A program made the translations under genes and the position numbers. Positions 1-12,749 of a stretch of DNA of 64,000 bases are shown in pieces. The notes under the pieces were generated by a model. The model saw only the letters and a list, made by a program, of their open reading frames with translations. It did no database searches and had not been told where the DNA came from. The DNA comes from Lophium mytilinum. Its lineage: Eukaryota. Position 1 is the stretch's first letter. Each line of letters opens with the position of its first letter. The stretch lies in assembly GCA_010093605.1 (NCBI GenBank), contig MU004197.1:310001-374000 (forward strand), written 5' to 3'.

Positions 1-857
1 GTACGCACTTGCTAAATTTTCTTAGGCCTGCTCGCCAAAATCAAGCGGAAGCTCAGTGTCTAATGGGAAGACGTCTAGTCTTCGCCACGGGGAGAAGAAT
101 GTGCTCGGATACTAGAGGTACTATAGCACTCGTGGGCTCCTTTAGGGCTTAGCGGCGAGATGAATGGCTGTCTGGTACTATCCCAATCGCTTGGTTTTGT
201 TTTTATTAGGCGTTAGGGTGTGGCGTGGACTCTTTCTAGCGCTGTGTAAGGTGCCACAGTAAGGTTGGCACTCTGTGACTGACCTGTTCTTCTTTCTTTA
301 ATTTCTACTTTGTTCATTGCAACGACTGGTCCTCGGTGGCCTTTTCAATGCTTCCTCTATTATTTGTCCTAGATCTCCTAGCATCTTGTTCGCCATGGTC
401 GGCACCTTTCTTTCTTCATTACGCTCACGCAGGATGGGTGGGGGTCTGCGCTCTAAGGCTACGATGAACGATGCGATGCGATGGTATAGATTAGAGGATG
501 GGTGGCTTTCTTTACTACCGCTCTCGAGGTTTTTGGGGGCGTATTATCCTAGGTACCTGACGCGTTATGCGGAACGAACACGAGTATGCCATTGCCATCT
601 CGTCCCAAGGCTTGTGTGCAAACCGTAGCTATTTGTGACAGCAGTCAACTTTGATGAGAGGGTAACGTGGGGCTGATATGTGCAAGTCATAAAGTTATGC
701 GGCCCGTGCACAAAGACCCCACCATCTTGACTAAGAAAGAAATGCGGCCAACATCCCACCACCACCGCGAGCGCGTGAAGTCGACGCCCACAACAATTGA
801 CCCCTCTTTTCTCCTACACCCTACACATCACCTACAGAATACTCCAGAGTCGCGATC

Positions 858-3197
858 ATGGTACGCAATCCCCCCAAACCTCTTGTTTCCACCCTTCCAA
901 CCGCTCCAATACCTCCCGCTTCCATCTCCACCCTGCCCACGGTCCTCACATCCTAACTTCCGCAACCATTCCTTCCCTTCGACATGCCTCAACCTTTCTA
1001 GTGAATAGATGTGCTAACGTGGATTGGTTCGGATAGCTCGACATCAACGACTTCATCAAAGAGCGCGGCGGCGACGTGGCCAAGATCCGCCAGAGCCAGG
1101 AGAAGCGCCACGCGAGCGTTGAGCTGGTCGATGAGATTATCGAGGGCTTTGAGGTGCATCGGAAGAGTGCGTTATACCCTGCCTACACTACCCTACCTAC
1201 CCACCCCGCTTCCTTGCTCTGGTTCTTCATCGAAATCCTCACGATAGCCATTTGGGGTATACAAAAGACGCAGGCACAAATGGGCTCAACGCGCCAGAAT
1301 TTGAGAACATGCGCTAACATGCTTCCTTTTGAATAGCTCAATACGCATCCACCCAAGTCGGCGCCGCCATCAACCCCATCCAGAAGCAAATCGGCCTCAA
1401 AAAGAAAGCGAAGGAGGACGCGACGGAGCTGCTCGCCGAGGTCGCGAAGCTGAAGGAGGACAAGAAGGCGAAGGAAGAGGAGGCTGCGGAGCTACTCGAG
1501 AAGCTGTTGCGGAAGGTCAAGACGGTGGGGAACTATGTGCATGAGAGTGTGCCGGTTAGCGGGAATGAGGATGATAATGAGACGATTAAGGAGTGGGCAC
1601 CGGAAGGGGTGAAGGTGGAGCACAAGCCGGATGTGCTGCCGCATCATGGAGGTGAGTGGGGATACTGGGGTGGAAGAGGGAAGGGCGGAATGCTGATATT
1701 GGGTAGTGCTCACACGTCTGGATGGGTATGATCCGGAGCGGGGTGTGAAGATTGTTGGTATGTGGAGTCCTCATGATCTCAGAGAAGGGGTAATGATGTG
1801 CTGACTCTTTAAGGCCACCGGGGATACTGCTTGACTGGCTACGGTCTCTTCCTCAACCTCGCGGTAATATTCCTCCCCTTTCAGACCCCCAGAAACCAAG
1901 CTAATGAAAACAGCTCGTCAACTACGGCCTCGAATTCCTCTTCAACCGCGGCTTCACACCAAATCAGCCTCCGTTCTTCATGCTACGAGACGTCATGGCG
2001 AAGACGGCACAGCTCAGCGACTTCGATGAAGAGCTCTACAAAGTCACCGAGTCGAAAGACAAGCCGGAGACTGACAAGTACCTCGTATGTAGCCGTTTGC
2101 CGTTTGCGTAGAAGAAGGAACGTAGGACTATAGCTAACCGAGCATGACGTGTAGATCGCAACTTCAGAACAACCGATCAGCGCTCTACATTCCGATGAGT
2201 GGTTACAGGAGAAGGATCTGCCCATCAAGTATGCTGGCTACTCGACGAACTTCAGGAAGGAGGCTGGATCGCATGGGAAGGATGCTTGGGGTTGGTCTTC
2301 TCCCGACTCCGCTTCGGATTGATACGGGTGCTAAGTCATACAGGCATCTTCCGGATACATCAGTTTGAGAAGATCGAACAATTCCTCGTATGTACCCCTT
2401 CCAGAAGCCGTCTCACTATCCGATTGTGGGGTCTAGCCATCATCGAAAAATGAGCTCTAACCGTTTGTTTAGTTCACAAAGCCTGAGGAGTCATGGAAAG
2501 CGTACGAGGAGATGCTCGAGAACTCAGAAGGTACAAATCCCGTCGCAATTCTTCTCATTGCAAGCTAACACGATTTCAGCTTTCTACCAGAGCTTGAAGC
2601 TGCCATATCGAGTTGTCAAGATCGTCTCAGGTACGCTTAGCGAGAACGTCATCGCATTAAATCCCTCTCTTCAGACCTTACGAAGCGTCCACTAATCCAA
2701 GCCCAGGTGCCCTAAACAACGCCGCCAGCGCCAAGCGCGATCTAGAAGCATGGTAAGACCACCTCACTCCTACCCTAGTGTCGCGGCCGAATGCACATAC
2801 TAACACTACTCCAGGTTCCCCTACACCGGCGAATACAAAGAACTCGTCTCCATAAGCAACTGCACCGACTACCAAACCCGAGAACTTGAGGTCCGCTATC
2901 CCCCCTCAACCACCCTCTTTCTCCCTATCCATCTTACTCACATCCCCCCAGATCCGATTCGGCCCCAAGAAGCAAACCGGCGGCCGCAAGGAGTACGTCC
3001 ACGCGCTCAACGGCACCCTCTGCGCCACCGAGCGCACCCTTTGCTGCCTCATGGAGAACTATCAGACCCCCGAGGGCATGGTTGTGCCCGAGGTGCTGCG
3101 GAAGTATATCCCCGGCCAGCCTGAGTTCTTGCCTTTTGTGAAGGAGTTTAGGCCTGAGAAGGCGCCGGCGGCGGTGATTCCGGATCGGACGAAATGA
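858..3197 (+). CDS. SES1: Cytosolic seryl-tRNA synthetase (about 12 introns; first exon is ATG only)
   Basis: Spliced N-terminus [20 protein letters not shown]; motifs [71 protein letters not shown]; stop at 3195-3197. Confidence 0.96.
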
Positions 3198-3295
3198 GTG
3201 CTGGGTATTGCTGTTGGTGGTTGTGTGGTCTTTGCCTGAGCGGTGATTTCGGATCGGAAGGAATGAGCGCTGGGCATGGTTGTTAGTGGTTTGAT
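3171..3295. repeat. Imperfect tandem duplication (69-bp period) of the SES1 stop region
   Basis: gcggtgattccggatcggacgaaatgagtgctggg (3171) vs gcggtgatttcggatcggaaggaatgagcgctggg (3240). Confidence 0.8.
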
Positions 3296-3803
3296 AGCTG
3301 GAGTTTGGGATGGGGCTGGCTCGCATAAAAGAGCTGTGCATGAGTGTGGTTGCTGGTTGAGTTAGAAATGTCTATGTCGAGTTCATCGTGCATATGCCTT
3401 GACCCTTCGTGGCACAACGTTTGGACCTTCTGCTGAACACACTGTGTAAAGGGACCGTCTGACACAGTTTGAGGTGGCCCACAGAGCTTTTAGTCTTGTT
3501 AAAACTGACCTTTTCCAATCTTTTATAATGGCTTACAGGACCCAGGCGGTGCTAGGCTAGTGTACGAGAAGACTCAAGATTGCGGCATATCGTCAGTAGC
3601 AAATACGCAGTTGATGTGACCTTGTACTAACACATGTGCCGTGAAAGAACCATCCAGCGCAAGTGAGGACCCCGATTCCCGACGGAAGTATGAGCAGTCG
3701 GACGAGGCGGGGCGGGAGCGTTGGGACGGGAAGTTCTGCTAGCTGCGGTGTAGCCACAAGTCTAGGCACACGGACAAGCTCCAATGAGGCTCCAACTTGA
3801 CCA

Positions 3804-4672
3804 CTAGACACCACTGTTGGGAGTTGCCTGGCCGGTGTGCAGGCAATTGGTCAAGAGGTAGTCTGACCTGCGATGTTTGGAACTTGACATTGGGATTGAG
3901 TCTTCGGAATCCTGTGGGGGGTACTGCAAGCAGTGGTAAAGCAGTTTGCGGACTTCTGACCTGTCACTAACTACTGAATTATAAGTCTCGGCCAACGGCT
4001 TTGTCCATGCTTGGTTCGAGTATTGCTCATTAGATACTACTGTAAAGGGAGCCTGGCCACCACGCAGCCAACTAGTCAAGAGGCAGTCTAATATGAACTC
4101 CACCAAACTTCCATGCCTATCTTCTAGCCAGCTTCCTCGCTAGCACACCAATCCAATCCAACCTTTGATCTTACATATCAAGCTCTCACAGCAGTCCATA
4201 CAACCAGTTGGATCCTAATATGGTTTTCAAAATCTTGAAGGGAACTAGTATCATGGTCGGCAAGAATACGGTTAAACTTGGCCTGGATGTCACCTAGAAC
4301 GCGGCTCGAGCACGCCATGCGCACGCTTTGAATCTGTTCCGCCACTTTCCCTAACCCTCTTCTCATCTCAATGCCCCACTGCTGCTCTCCCGACCGTAGA
4401 CCCATGAACTGCAAGACCATAGCGTAAAGTGTGCTGATCGTATTGGGAGGAAAGGGCTCTATGCTATCTATAGAAAGCCAAACCTAAGACACATAGTCCA
4501 TCCCGCCTTGATGCTGACTGAAGACCATAGCGTAAAGTGTGTTGTATCCGTCGGGAGGGAAGGGCTCAGTGTCCACTCTGACTGTGAGGCGGATAAATTT
4601 GACGCATCGTATCCCATCCCGCCGTGATGTTGCGTTGTTGTTGTTGAATGGGAAAGGAAGGGGAGGGAGCAC
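3804..4672 (-). pseudogene. Decayed orphan coding sequence
   Basis: ORF fragments 4484-4672, 4178-4420 and 3804-4106 join via in-frame TAG stops and one frameshift; internal duplication EPFPP....TLYAMV at 108-bp spacing. Confidence 0.35.
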
Positions 4673-7030
4673 TGTGTTGTGATGTCGCCCGTTAGACCTT
4701 CAACCACGAACAATATCGGCTTTCTTAAAGGAAGTCGCAATCCGCTCGGCTTTTCATTGATAGGTGTTCACCCATCTCTCCACACGCGAGTTCATCCGCC
4801 ACTCTCGTGCTCCCGAGCAAGCGTGAGCTTTTGGTAGTTGTCTGCCAGAGAGCTATCCCGTTGACTTGTGTCGCTTTCGCTGAAGATTCTTTTGCTGGGG
4901 TTCTCTAAAGTGTGGCGAGATGGTGAAGTGTCAGTATATATACGATTTCTGCGAAGAGGGCGGCAATAAGAAATGTCTAAGCTCGCAGATTATGGGGCGT
5001 GGGTGGAGATATACTCTTCAGGTTTGAGCGTTTTTCAGCCATCATCAGATGGTTGATTGCACCATCCCAAAGCTCCTTCGCGATACGCCGCATGTCACGC
5101 CGGTTCTCGATCACTTGGTGCAGTAGCTAACGAATCGTTCCTCTATCGCGTTCGCTTTCCTCGATGTTGCGTCAATCCAGGTGCGCGTTCAGTTGTATGG
5201 CGTGGAGTTGATCGGTAAGGGATCGGTCGAGCCCGTGCAAGTCATTGAGCTGTCTAATCCTAGCGAGTCCTAGGCGGTGGGCGTCCATGTTCATTGCGTC
5301 CAGGTTGTGGGATTAAGTTTGCGAGTGGGGTTGCGCGTGCTTGGAGATGGTGGATGATCTTTAACCTTTGGCGTCTCTGGGGTTGTAGAGAGTAGTCCGA
5401 TTGCAGCAGGCTGGAGTTGTGGAAAGGAAAATCGCAACACTTTTATCCCATCTTCCCGGTTTGTTTAGCCCCAGAAAGCTTGTATTCATATTCTAATGAT
5501 TTCATGACAACGCGAATTCATCAGGCTTTGCGACAGGGTGACTTTGATGCGTGGATGGAGAGAGGGTAGTCCGGCGGATGCTGGAATTGTTGCGGTCGAG
5601 GTATGAGCGATTGCTTCCTCAGGCTTGAACTCTCCATTATTTTCAGGAGCTGAGGCGATTCCGTGGTCTAGGTTGTCCGCCCTAGTAACAAAGTATCCCC
5701 TACACGTATCATAGTCCGTCTCCTTCCGAGAGCATCTGGCGCCGTGCACGATGCGAGATATATATGGTGTGAGATGAGTGGGTATATATTCAATAGAGGC
5801 TAAAAGATGTTTCGCGTATAGTCTTTCCCAAGTTCACGCCTCGCATAAGATCTGTAGTGAATTCCAGGGTGTCATGAATGGCACTACACACCCTTCTGCG
5901 AGCTGCCTGTTGTTCCAGTGTGGTTGAAGTTGGTACGTCTCGGGGCTGGAGCGCGCGTCTTCGCGGCAGTCTTTAGCCGCTCCTGAGCTATGAGAGAGAA
6001 GGTTCTGCTGATGATTTCATAGGCATTAGCTAGCTGAAGCCTCTGGGCATCTAGCCCTTCCGCGTACTCTGAATCGCGGAGTGTATATAAATTGGGGTTG
6101 GGAAAGTTGTGGGGTGGAAAACGTGGTGTAACGGGATGAGCGGTCTGTTATAGTCAGTTCAGTATCAACATCAAAAGTTTGGGTTTTAGAATGTATACAA
6201 AGACTACTTGCTTGCCGGATGTTGGGTGGGAGGATGGTTGTTGATTGCGACTTTGTTTATCAGCCATTTCCTCCGTGGCAAAGTTTGACCTCATCCACAA
6301 ACTCCGCAAACATCATGGTTCAGAGCATGAACACCAAAAGCGGAGCTTTGAGAAGAATAGTTGCCACTACTGTAATAAGAAGAATTTGCTTACGTAGGTC
6401 TTGCAAACCTGGAGCGGGTAGGTCAGTGCTAATCTTTGCAGCAGTAAACAAGGTGATCAGAAACAGCGTCGCGATGCGTCAACCCGGTCCAAACACCAAG
6501 CTTCCATCCTCTTTCAGTTTCTTAGACTCAATGCTAAGGACCATGAGCAGTAACAAGAGATTGTAGACTAACCTAAGCTGCATTTTAGCACAAAAATTCA
6601 ATCACGGTTCATCAATCAGAGCAGCAATCCACACAACATCCAATAGAACAAAAGAAACTTGATTCAGGTAGGAGGATACTCTTAGTGTTCGCATCCGGCA
6701 TTCGGCATTTGTAGTGAACAGATCCCAATCTGAGGGTATATGTGGGTATAGTGGTTCGGAGTGAAAGAATGAAATGTATTGAAATTTAGAAGGGTATCGT
6801 ACTCCCATACTCCGCCCAAGCCCAGCAGCAAAACAAGCCAGACCATCCAACAGAAATGTATGAGATGTGTACGCATTGGACCCACACGTATGATGAGATA
6901 ACAGAAAGAAAAGGATACCGTTGAGGCACAGGAAGTTTACCGGTATCAAACCAGTACCCGACAAGCACATATCGCTCCAGGGGATTCCTGCCCACAACAT
7001 CCCCGCACCCGGTGATGTTGCAAGCCAACT

Positions 7031-10000
7031 CTAAACAGCAATCAACCTCTGTACCACCTTCCCCAGCCGCTCCGTAAAGCCGCTCCAAATCTCCCTGCCC
7101 TCGTCCCCTTCCACCATGCGCACTTCTTGGTCGACTCGGAGATTGTACTCGATGAACTCGGTGACGGCGTTGACGAGAATGTCGATTTTCTGGTTTGGTA
7201 GCTGGCGGACGACCTTGCGCTTGACATCCGTGTTCTGACATAGGTTGCCAAGGAGGACGGTGAGGTAGCCATATGCAACGTTGGACCTGGAAGCTTCAAG
7301 CGAGTCGGCCTCCGCAGACCTCTCAGTGCCACTCAAGAAGTGCGTGACCAGACGTTCAAGCATTGCATCTCCCTGAGTACCCTTCTTTTCGCACACCGCG
7401 CCGCGAGCTGCGTCGCTGAACTCGGCGAGATTGATCATGGCGCCCAAGCTTAGATAGAGGCTTTCCAGATTCGTCTCCCTACTCTCCTCGTCCATTTCGT
7501 CTTCGTCTAAGATGTTGAAGAAACGATCGATGGATCGACACAGGGGCAAGACAAGTGCAGTAGATGAGAAGATTTCGCAGGCCCGAGCGTTGTTATTAGT
7601 CAGGTTGATGACAAGTCGGATAGCGAGGCGGTCGAGCGTGACTTTCATCTCCGGGGCAGTATCGGTATCCTTATTCCCCAGGGCGTCCATGAAGAAAGGC
7701 ACCATAGAAGCGACACGCTTTATACTCTTCGAGCTCCAGACTCCGACTTTCACGCTACTGAGAGACAGTGACTCCGTTATGCTAAGGCAAAGTTTGAGTG
7801 CCCTGAAATCTGGTGCTTGCATCTGGTCGGACTTCAGATTCTCGACGTGTGTGTTGGCAATCTCGAGTAGCCTTGACACCACCTGATCGTCCAGTAGATC
7901 GTCTTTACTCCCAGCCTTCCTGAGGCCGCGTACAAGAAGGTCTAGACCGCGAAGGGCTACTAGCTGAGGGGATACCAGGTCCGGCTTGTCATCCTTCCAG
8001 AGAGTAGAGTCGTAGACGACCTTGCGAAACTCGATCACATCCTTTTGTGCTAGCTTTGACAGGTTCGACTTCCGTTCCTTCGCTATGCGTGTAACATCTG
8101 TGTCGCGTTCTAGCAAATTAGCAAAACACGTCGCAGCGCCTGTGTTGTATATGTTCTTAAGCACGCTCCGCGCTACGCCTGCTTTGATGACAAATGCGGT
8201 GGCTGCGGCGGCTGTGAAGTTGAAGATGGGGTCCTCGGAGCTCGATAGCCTCGAGAATAGTTGGCGATCAAGGCCGAGCTCGATGACGCGGTGTACGATT
8301 GCGGCGTCAGACAATTTGGTTGCAAGTTCGAGCATTGCGCTGCGCCGTCGCGCCTTGCCGTAGGATGTCGTGTCTTTGATGTCGTCCAACAGGGCTTCGA
8401 TATCAGTCCTAAATCGGAGGATTTCACCGCCCTTGCGGAGCTCGTGAATACTGCGGACCGTGTTTGTTGGCTGGTCGTCGTCTTCCTCATCAGCTAAGTT
8501 TGGAAGGCCCGATCCTGGTTTGGCGTTGAGCCCGCGTCGCTGGGCTGCTGGAGCTGGGCTCTCCATAGGCAACGAAAATAGAAGTTCAGCTTCAAGATTT
8601 GCTTCGTCCAGGTACGAGCGCTGTTTGGCATAGGTTCTCTTCGGGCCGTCGGCAAGAACAGGAGCAGATTGTGATGACTGGGAAGCTTCCGCTGTGTCAA
8701 TGTCGATGTCCATATCTTCCATGATGTTGTCGATATCTTGCGGCGCAGCGAGTAAAGTTCGCTCAGCTCGGCCGTAAGTCCGCTTCTCGGTTCTATTTGG
8801 GAGACTACGGGGCGCGTCGGCCATTTTCATTTCCACTTCTTCCTCCTCGGATTCTTCTTCATCGTCATCTGATGCAGGCGCTGATTTCATGAGCGAATCG
8901 ATCAGCCGGGGTCGTTTGTTGTGTGTTGTATGTGGAATGTCCGAGGATGATCGTCCGAGCTTAGTAGCTATCTTATCCCCGCGGCGCTCTGACGAGATGC
9001 GTAGGTCTTCTAGCTTGAGGATTCCAGGCGTGGCAGTATTGTCGCCTAGAAGTTTACTCCAAGCCTGTCTCTGGCGAGGAGTAACGGCTCCACTATGCAT
9101 TGGTGATCGGGGTGAATCAGACTGACGAGGTGGGGTGGAGGGCAGCATCTCAGAATACTCGGTGTTCTCCATAGCATGATCATCTCCGGGCGAAGATGGG
9201 AGGCTTGGTACAGGCGAAGGATAGCGAACAGGTCGAGAGTCGCGAACAGCTAGCATGTTGTGTAATTTTGCGGGCGCTGACTGGCCCTTGGACAGAGGGG
9301 CCGTAACTGGAACTGTTCGCATTCGAGTTCGTTGAGGTTTATGGACGGCCACCGCTGCCTTGTCTGGCCTTGGTGCTGGGAAATCGTCATCCGCAAATTG
9401 GATTTTTTTCTTAACGTCTCGCGGAGCGCTTGCTTCCCGTCGCAAGTGTTTCGCGCTCCGTTGATGCTCCACAGGAACTGTATCTTTGTATGCATTTTCC
9501 TGATTTGCAGACCCTTGTGATCCTGCCGATGAGCTCGCAATATATCTTTTTCTCTTCTTCGCGGTAGTAGAAGAGTCGGATTCGGTCAATTGCTTTGGAG
9601 AGGTTATTATATTGGTAGATTTCGATGGGTCCGTGGCTTTGGAGATAGGAGCTTGTTTTGGTCGAGGCTTTAGTGAGGTCTGGCGTTGAGGGGGCCTGTC
9701 ATCGTCCGTTGACGGCACATCGAACATATCATATTCCGCCTTCTTTGCAACCACGGGGCCCTTCTTTTCCAATCGTTTCGTAAGCGGGGATGTCTTCTTT
9801 GGCGTGGTAACAGGGCTTTTCGTGAGAATATCCTCGCCAGACGACGGCAAATCGAATATATCGTACACTGGCTTCTTCGATGCATCTCTCGGCTTTCCTT
9901 CTTGTCGTTTTAGCACTGTGGACTGGGCTTTCGAAGGCACTTGCACCGATTTCCCCAGTTTGGATCTCATCGAGTTGTTTTCCCCAGAGACCCCGAAAAT

Positions 10001-10573
10001 CTTCGCAACCTTCGACAACATCGGTTGCGCAGGCTGCTTCTCGTCGATACGCCCAGTGCTCTTCGCCAGTTGCGCGGGTCGAGATGTACCAAAAGTCTTC
10101 ACAGATGCCTTTCTCGACGCAAGCTTCTTTAGCTCGTCCTCCGAAGACAACGGCACGTCGAAGATCCTGGCTTCTCTCTCTTGTACATCCTGACTCTTCT
10201 GCCCATTACTCGCAGTGTATATCGATTTGGTCGGCCTTGATGCTCCCGCAGGCTTTCCAAATGCCTTCTTCGGCGAAGGCTGCGACAGCTCGTCCTCGGA
10301 AGATGATGGCACGTCGAAAACATCCCCTCCAGACTTTTGCGCATCGATCTTCTTGTCCCCAAAGCCTGGTTTCGACACATTCTTTGGCCCACTCGCGCCC
10401 CAACTCCCGGCAGCTGCCGCGGCCGGTTTCATTTCCGGCTTCTCGGGCGAAAGCAGATCGCTGTTAAAGGCGAAAGGCTTGCTACGCGACTTGCCATAGG
10501 TCGCAAGCCGCTTTCGGCGGGGTGCGGAGGTGGAGGCGAAAGACTGCTGCATGGCCGTCGCAGCAGTCGCCAT
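7031..10573 (-). CDS. WAPL: Wings apart-like cohesin release factor (Wpl1/Rad61 family), single exon
   Basis: Long disordered N-terminus with TYG/TYAKQRSYL motifs, then TVRSIHELRKGG..RF and a helical C-terminal WAPL-type domain; first ATG (MATAATAMQQ) at 10573. Confidence 0.88.
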   Translation of the reverse strand: MATAATAMQQSFASTSAPRRKRLATYGKSRSKPFAFNSDLLSPEKPEMKPAAAAAGSWGASGPKNVSKPGFGDKKIDAQKSGGDVFDVPSSSEDELSQPSPKKAFGKPAGASRPTKSIYTASNGQKSQDVQEREARIFDVPLSSEDELKKLASRKASVKTFGTSRPAQLAKSTGRIDEKQPAQPMLSKVAKIFGVSGENNSMRSKLGKSVQVPSKAQSTVLKRQEGKPRDASKKPVYDIFDLPSSGEDILTKSPVTTPKKTSPLTKRLEKKGPVVAKKAEYDMFDVPSTDDDRPPQRQTSLKPRPKQAPISKATDPSKSTNIITSPKQLTESDSSTTAKKRKRYIASSSAGSQGSANQENAYKDTVPVEHQRSAKHLRREASAPRDVKKKIQFADDDFPAPRPDKAAVAVHKPQRTRMRTVPVTAPLSKGQSAPAKLHNMLAVRDSRPVRYPSPVPSLPSSPGDDHAMENTEYSEMLPSTPPRQSDSPRSPMHSGAVTPRQRQAWSKLLGDNTATPGILKLEDLRISSERRGDKIATKLGRSSSDIPHTTHNKRPRLIDSLMKSAPASDDDEEESEEEEVEMKMADAPRSLPNRTEKRTYGRAERTLLAAPQDIDNIMEDMDIDIDTAEASQSSQSAPVLADGPKRTYAKQRSYLDEANLEAELLFSLPMESPAPAAQRRGLNAKPGSGLPNLADEEDDDQPTNTVRSIHELRKGGEILRFRTDIEALLDDIKDTTSYGKARRRSAMLELATKLSDAAIVHRVIELGLDRQLFSRLSSSEDPIFNFTAAAATAFVIKAGVARSVLKNIYNTGAATCFANLLERDTDVTRIAKERKSNLSKLAQKDVIEFRKVVYDSTLWKDDKPDLVSPQLVALRGLDLLVRGLRKAGSKDDLLDDQVVSRLLEIANTHVENLKSDQMQAPDFRALKLCLSITESLSLSSVKVGVWSSKSIKRVASMVPFFMDALGNKDTDTAPEMKVTLDRLAIRLVINLTNNNARACEIFSSTALVLPLCRSIDRFFNILDEDEMDEESRETNLESLYLSLGAMINLAEFSDAARGAVCEKKGTQGDAMLERLVTHFLSGTERSAEADSLEASRSNVAYGYLTVLLGNLCQNTDVKRKVVRQLPNQKIDILVNAVTEFIEYNLRVDQEVRMVEGDEGREIWSGFTERLGKVVQRLIAV

Positions 10574-11559
10574 GGGTCGCGGAGGAGGTTCGGTGGTGTG
10601 AGGGATGGTCGCGAGAGCGGTGTCGTGAAGGGTGGTGGTGGAGTCAGACGGCGCGCATCGTGTCAGTGAAGGTGGGTGGGTTGAAACGGCAATAACAATG
10701 GGCTGCGCGCAGCCAGACAGTGAATGAAAACAAAAGCTCCCCTGTCTTGAATGCGGCTCGGGCAGCTGCAGAGGGCGAGTAGGGTTAGGGGCGGCGGGTG
10801 TGTGCAGGTCGGCGCGTGGTGGTGCAGATGGCGGCTCGGGTCTGTGCAGGTGTGATGTTGTTTCGAGGTGTGGCGGGAGCGAAGATGGGTGAGGCGCAAG
10901 AGTGCGGTGAAACGTCACTTTCAGATTGCTGATTGGATTGGGAGTTAGGAACACCACACTTTTGACCACGGATTGTTAATGAAAACTTCTGGTTTCCAGG
11001 ACTATAAGAGCTTAGTTGTAAACGGCATCACCGAATCTATCTCCTCCTCTCTGATGCTCGTTACGTGCAAATTCACAGTACTTTGAGAGAATGAAGATCA
11101 CGTGAAAACCCCAGACCTACAGCATTTATAACCTCTCAAAAGTTTGAAGTACTTCAGAAAACCCTCGGTATACCCAAATGCGGCTACTCCAACGCCTTCA
11201 TATTCGACATCCGACAAGACGTGTTCACGAACTCCCTCGGTCCCTGAAAGCGTCTGATTGGCTTCCGTTCACATGAAACGCCATCTTCACCGCTCGCCCA
11301 AAGCGGACTGGTGAAATGGTGGAACTCGCCGAAAGGCTGGAGTGACCTCGACCTCTTCTTCCAACAAGTGGGCTGCGTGCCCGCGCTATATAATCTCTCC
11401 TTCCTTTCCTGAACTCATTCTCTTACCTAGGCCCCCAATCCCCTCGAATGCACCGGTAAAAAGAGCAATTGGGAGTTCCTCACCCCCACCATACCGCACA
11501 CCTATACCTGCAGCTACCCGCAGACCCCTCCTCACACGACCACTTCACCAGCCCTCAAA

Positions 11560-12404
11560 ATGAGCCAGCCAGCACCCTCCCAAAGCGTGGGACCTCTATA
11601 CCGCTCCGAAAGCCAGAAACCCACGGCCACAGTCTCTACGAAACTAGAGCACGACAATGTACACATTCTGCCGCAGACGCCGCAGCTCATCGCCCTGCTC
11701 ACGTACTGCCCCCACTCCCCAATCGCACATTTCAAAGACCATAATACTGACGTACTCACTCGCGCAGTATGATCCGCGACAAAGAGACCAACCGCGCCGA
11801 CTTCATCTTCTACTCCAACCGCATCATCCGCCTCCTCGTCGAGGAAGGTCTCAACCACCTCCCCGTCGTCTCCCAAACCGTCGCCACCCCCGTCCCGGGC
11901 GAGAAGTACGCCGGCGTGCGCTTCGAGGGCAAGATCTGCGGCGTGAGCATCATGCGCGCTGGCGAGTCTATGGAGCAGGGTCTGCGCGATTGCTGTCGGT
12001 CAGTGCGCATTGGGAAGATCTTGATCCAGCGGGACGAGGAGACGTCGCAGCCGAAGCTGTTCTACGATAAGCTGCCGGAGGATATCTCGGAGCGGTGGTG
12101 CTTGCTGCTGGATCCGATGCTGGCGACGGGCGGGAGTGCTTTGATGGCTGTGGAGGTGTTGATCAAGAGGGGTGTGCCAGAAGATCATATTCTGTTTTTG
12201 AATCTGATCGCGAGTCCCGAGGGGGCGGTCAACTTTGCGCAGAGGTTCCCGAAGGTGAGAGTTGTGACGGCGTTTGTGGATCGGGGGTTGAACGAGAAAA
12301 AGTGAGTCTTGTCCTGGAGAGTATGAGGAGATTCGTGCTAACTGGATTGCAGCTACATCGTGCCGGGTCTGGGAGACTTTGGTGACAGATTTTATACCAT
12401 GTGA
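11560..12404 (+). CDS. FUR1: Uracil phosphoribosyltransferase (2 introns)
   Basis: MIRDK.T.RADFIFYSNRIIRLLVEEGL, VSIMRAGESME, LLLDPMLATGGS, YIVPGLGDFGDRFYTM*. Confidence 0.96.
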
Positions 12405-12749
12405 GGGGTTGCGAGAGCGGTATGGTAAAGCTGCTTGGGTCGTATCATCAAGTGCTGGTGTACGAGGCGACGAAATTGATCTGAGGCCATACAAGACAAA
12501 TATAGCGTGCATGGGAAGGAAAAGGGATCTGAAGTACGATCCGGAACAGAACTTATCGTGGAAAGGCCTCGGAGGCGACTGCGTAACCACCACAAAAGAC
12601 TCACTCGAATAAGACACAATCTGATTTTCTCGTGGTATCCGTGAAGCAAACCTAAACGCCTGCAGAGCCAACCAGCCCCCTAATAAATCAAGCCAAAATA
12701 TCCCTCGTAGAACCGAGATCCCTATCTTACACCAGCCTTTCGACCCTCA

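Noticed and set aside
858..860. ATG-only first exons (SES1, COF1) and micro-exons (RPS1, COF1)
   Set aside because: Common in filamentous ascomycete housekeeping genes; not novel
10780..10790. Telomere-like TAGGGTTAGGG (possible telomerase template on the minus strand)
   Set aside because: Under two repeats, lies in the WAPL 5' region, lacks the full TAACCCTAA, and no convincing pseudoknot follows
10574..10969. 132-codon in-frame extension of WAPL from a GTG
   Set aside because: Low-complexity, C-rich 5'UTR-like sequence; the ATG at 10573 precedes the conserved-looking N-terminus; no evidence for non-AUG initiation
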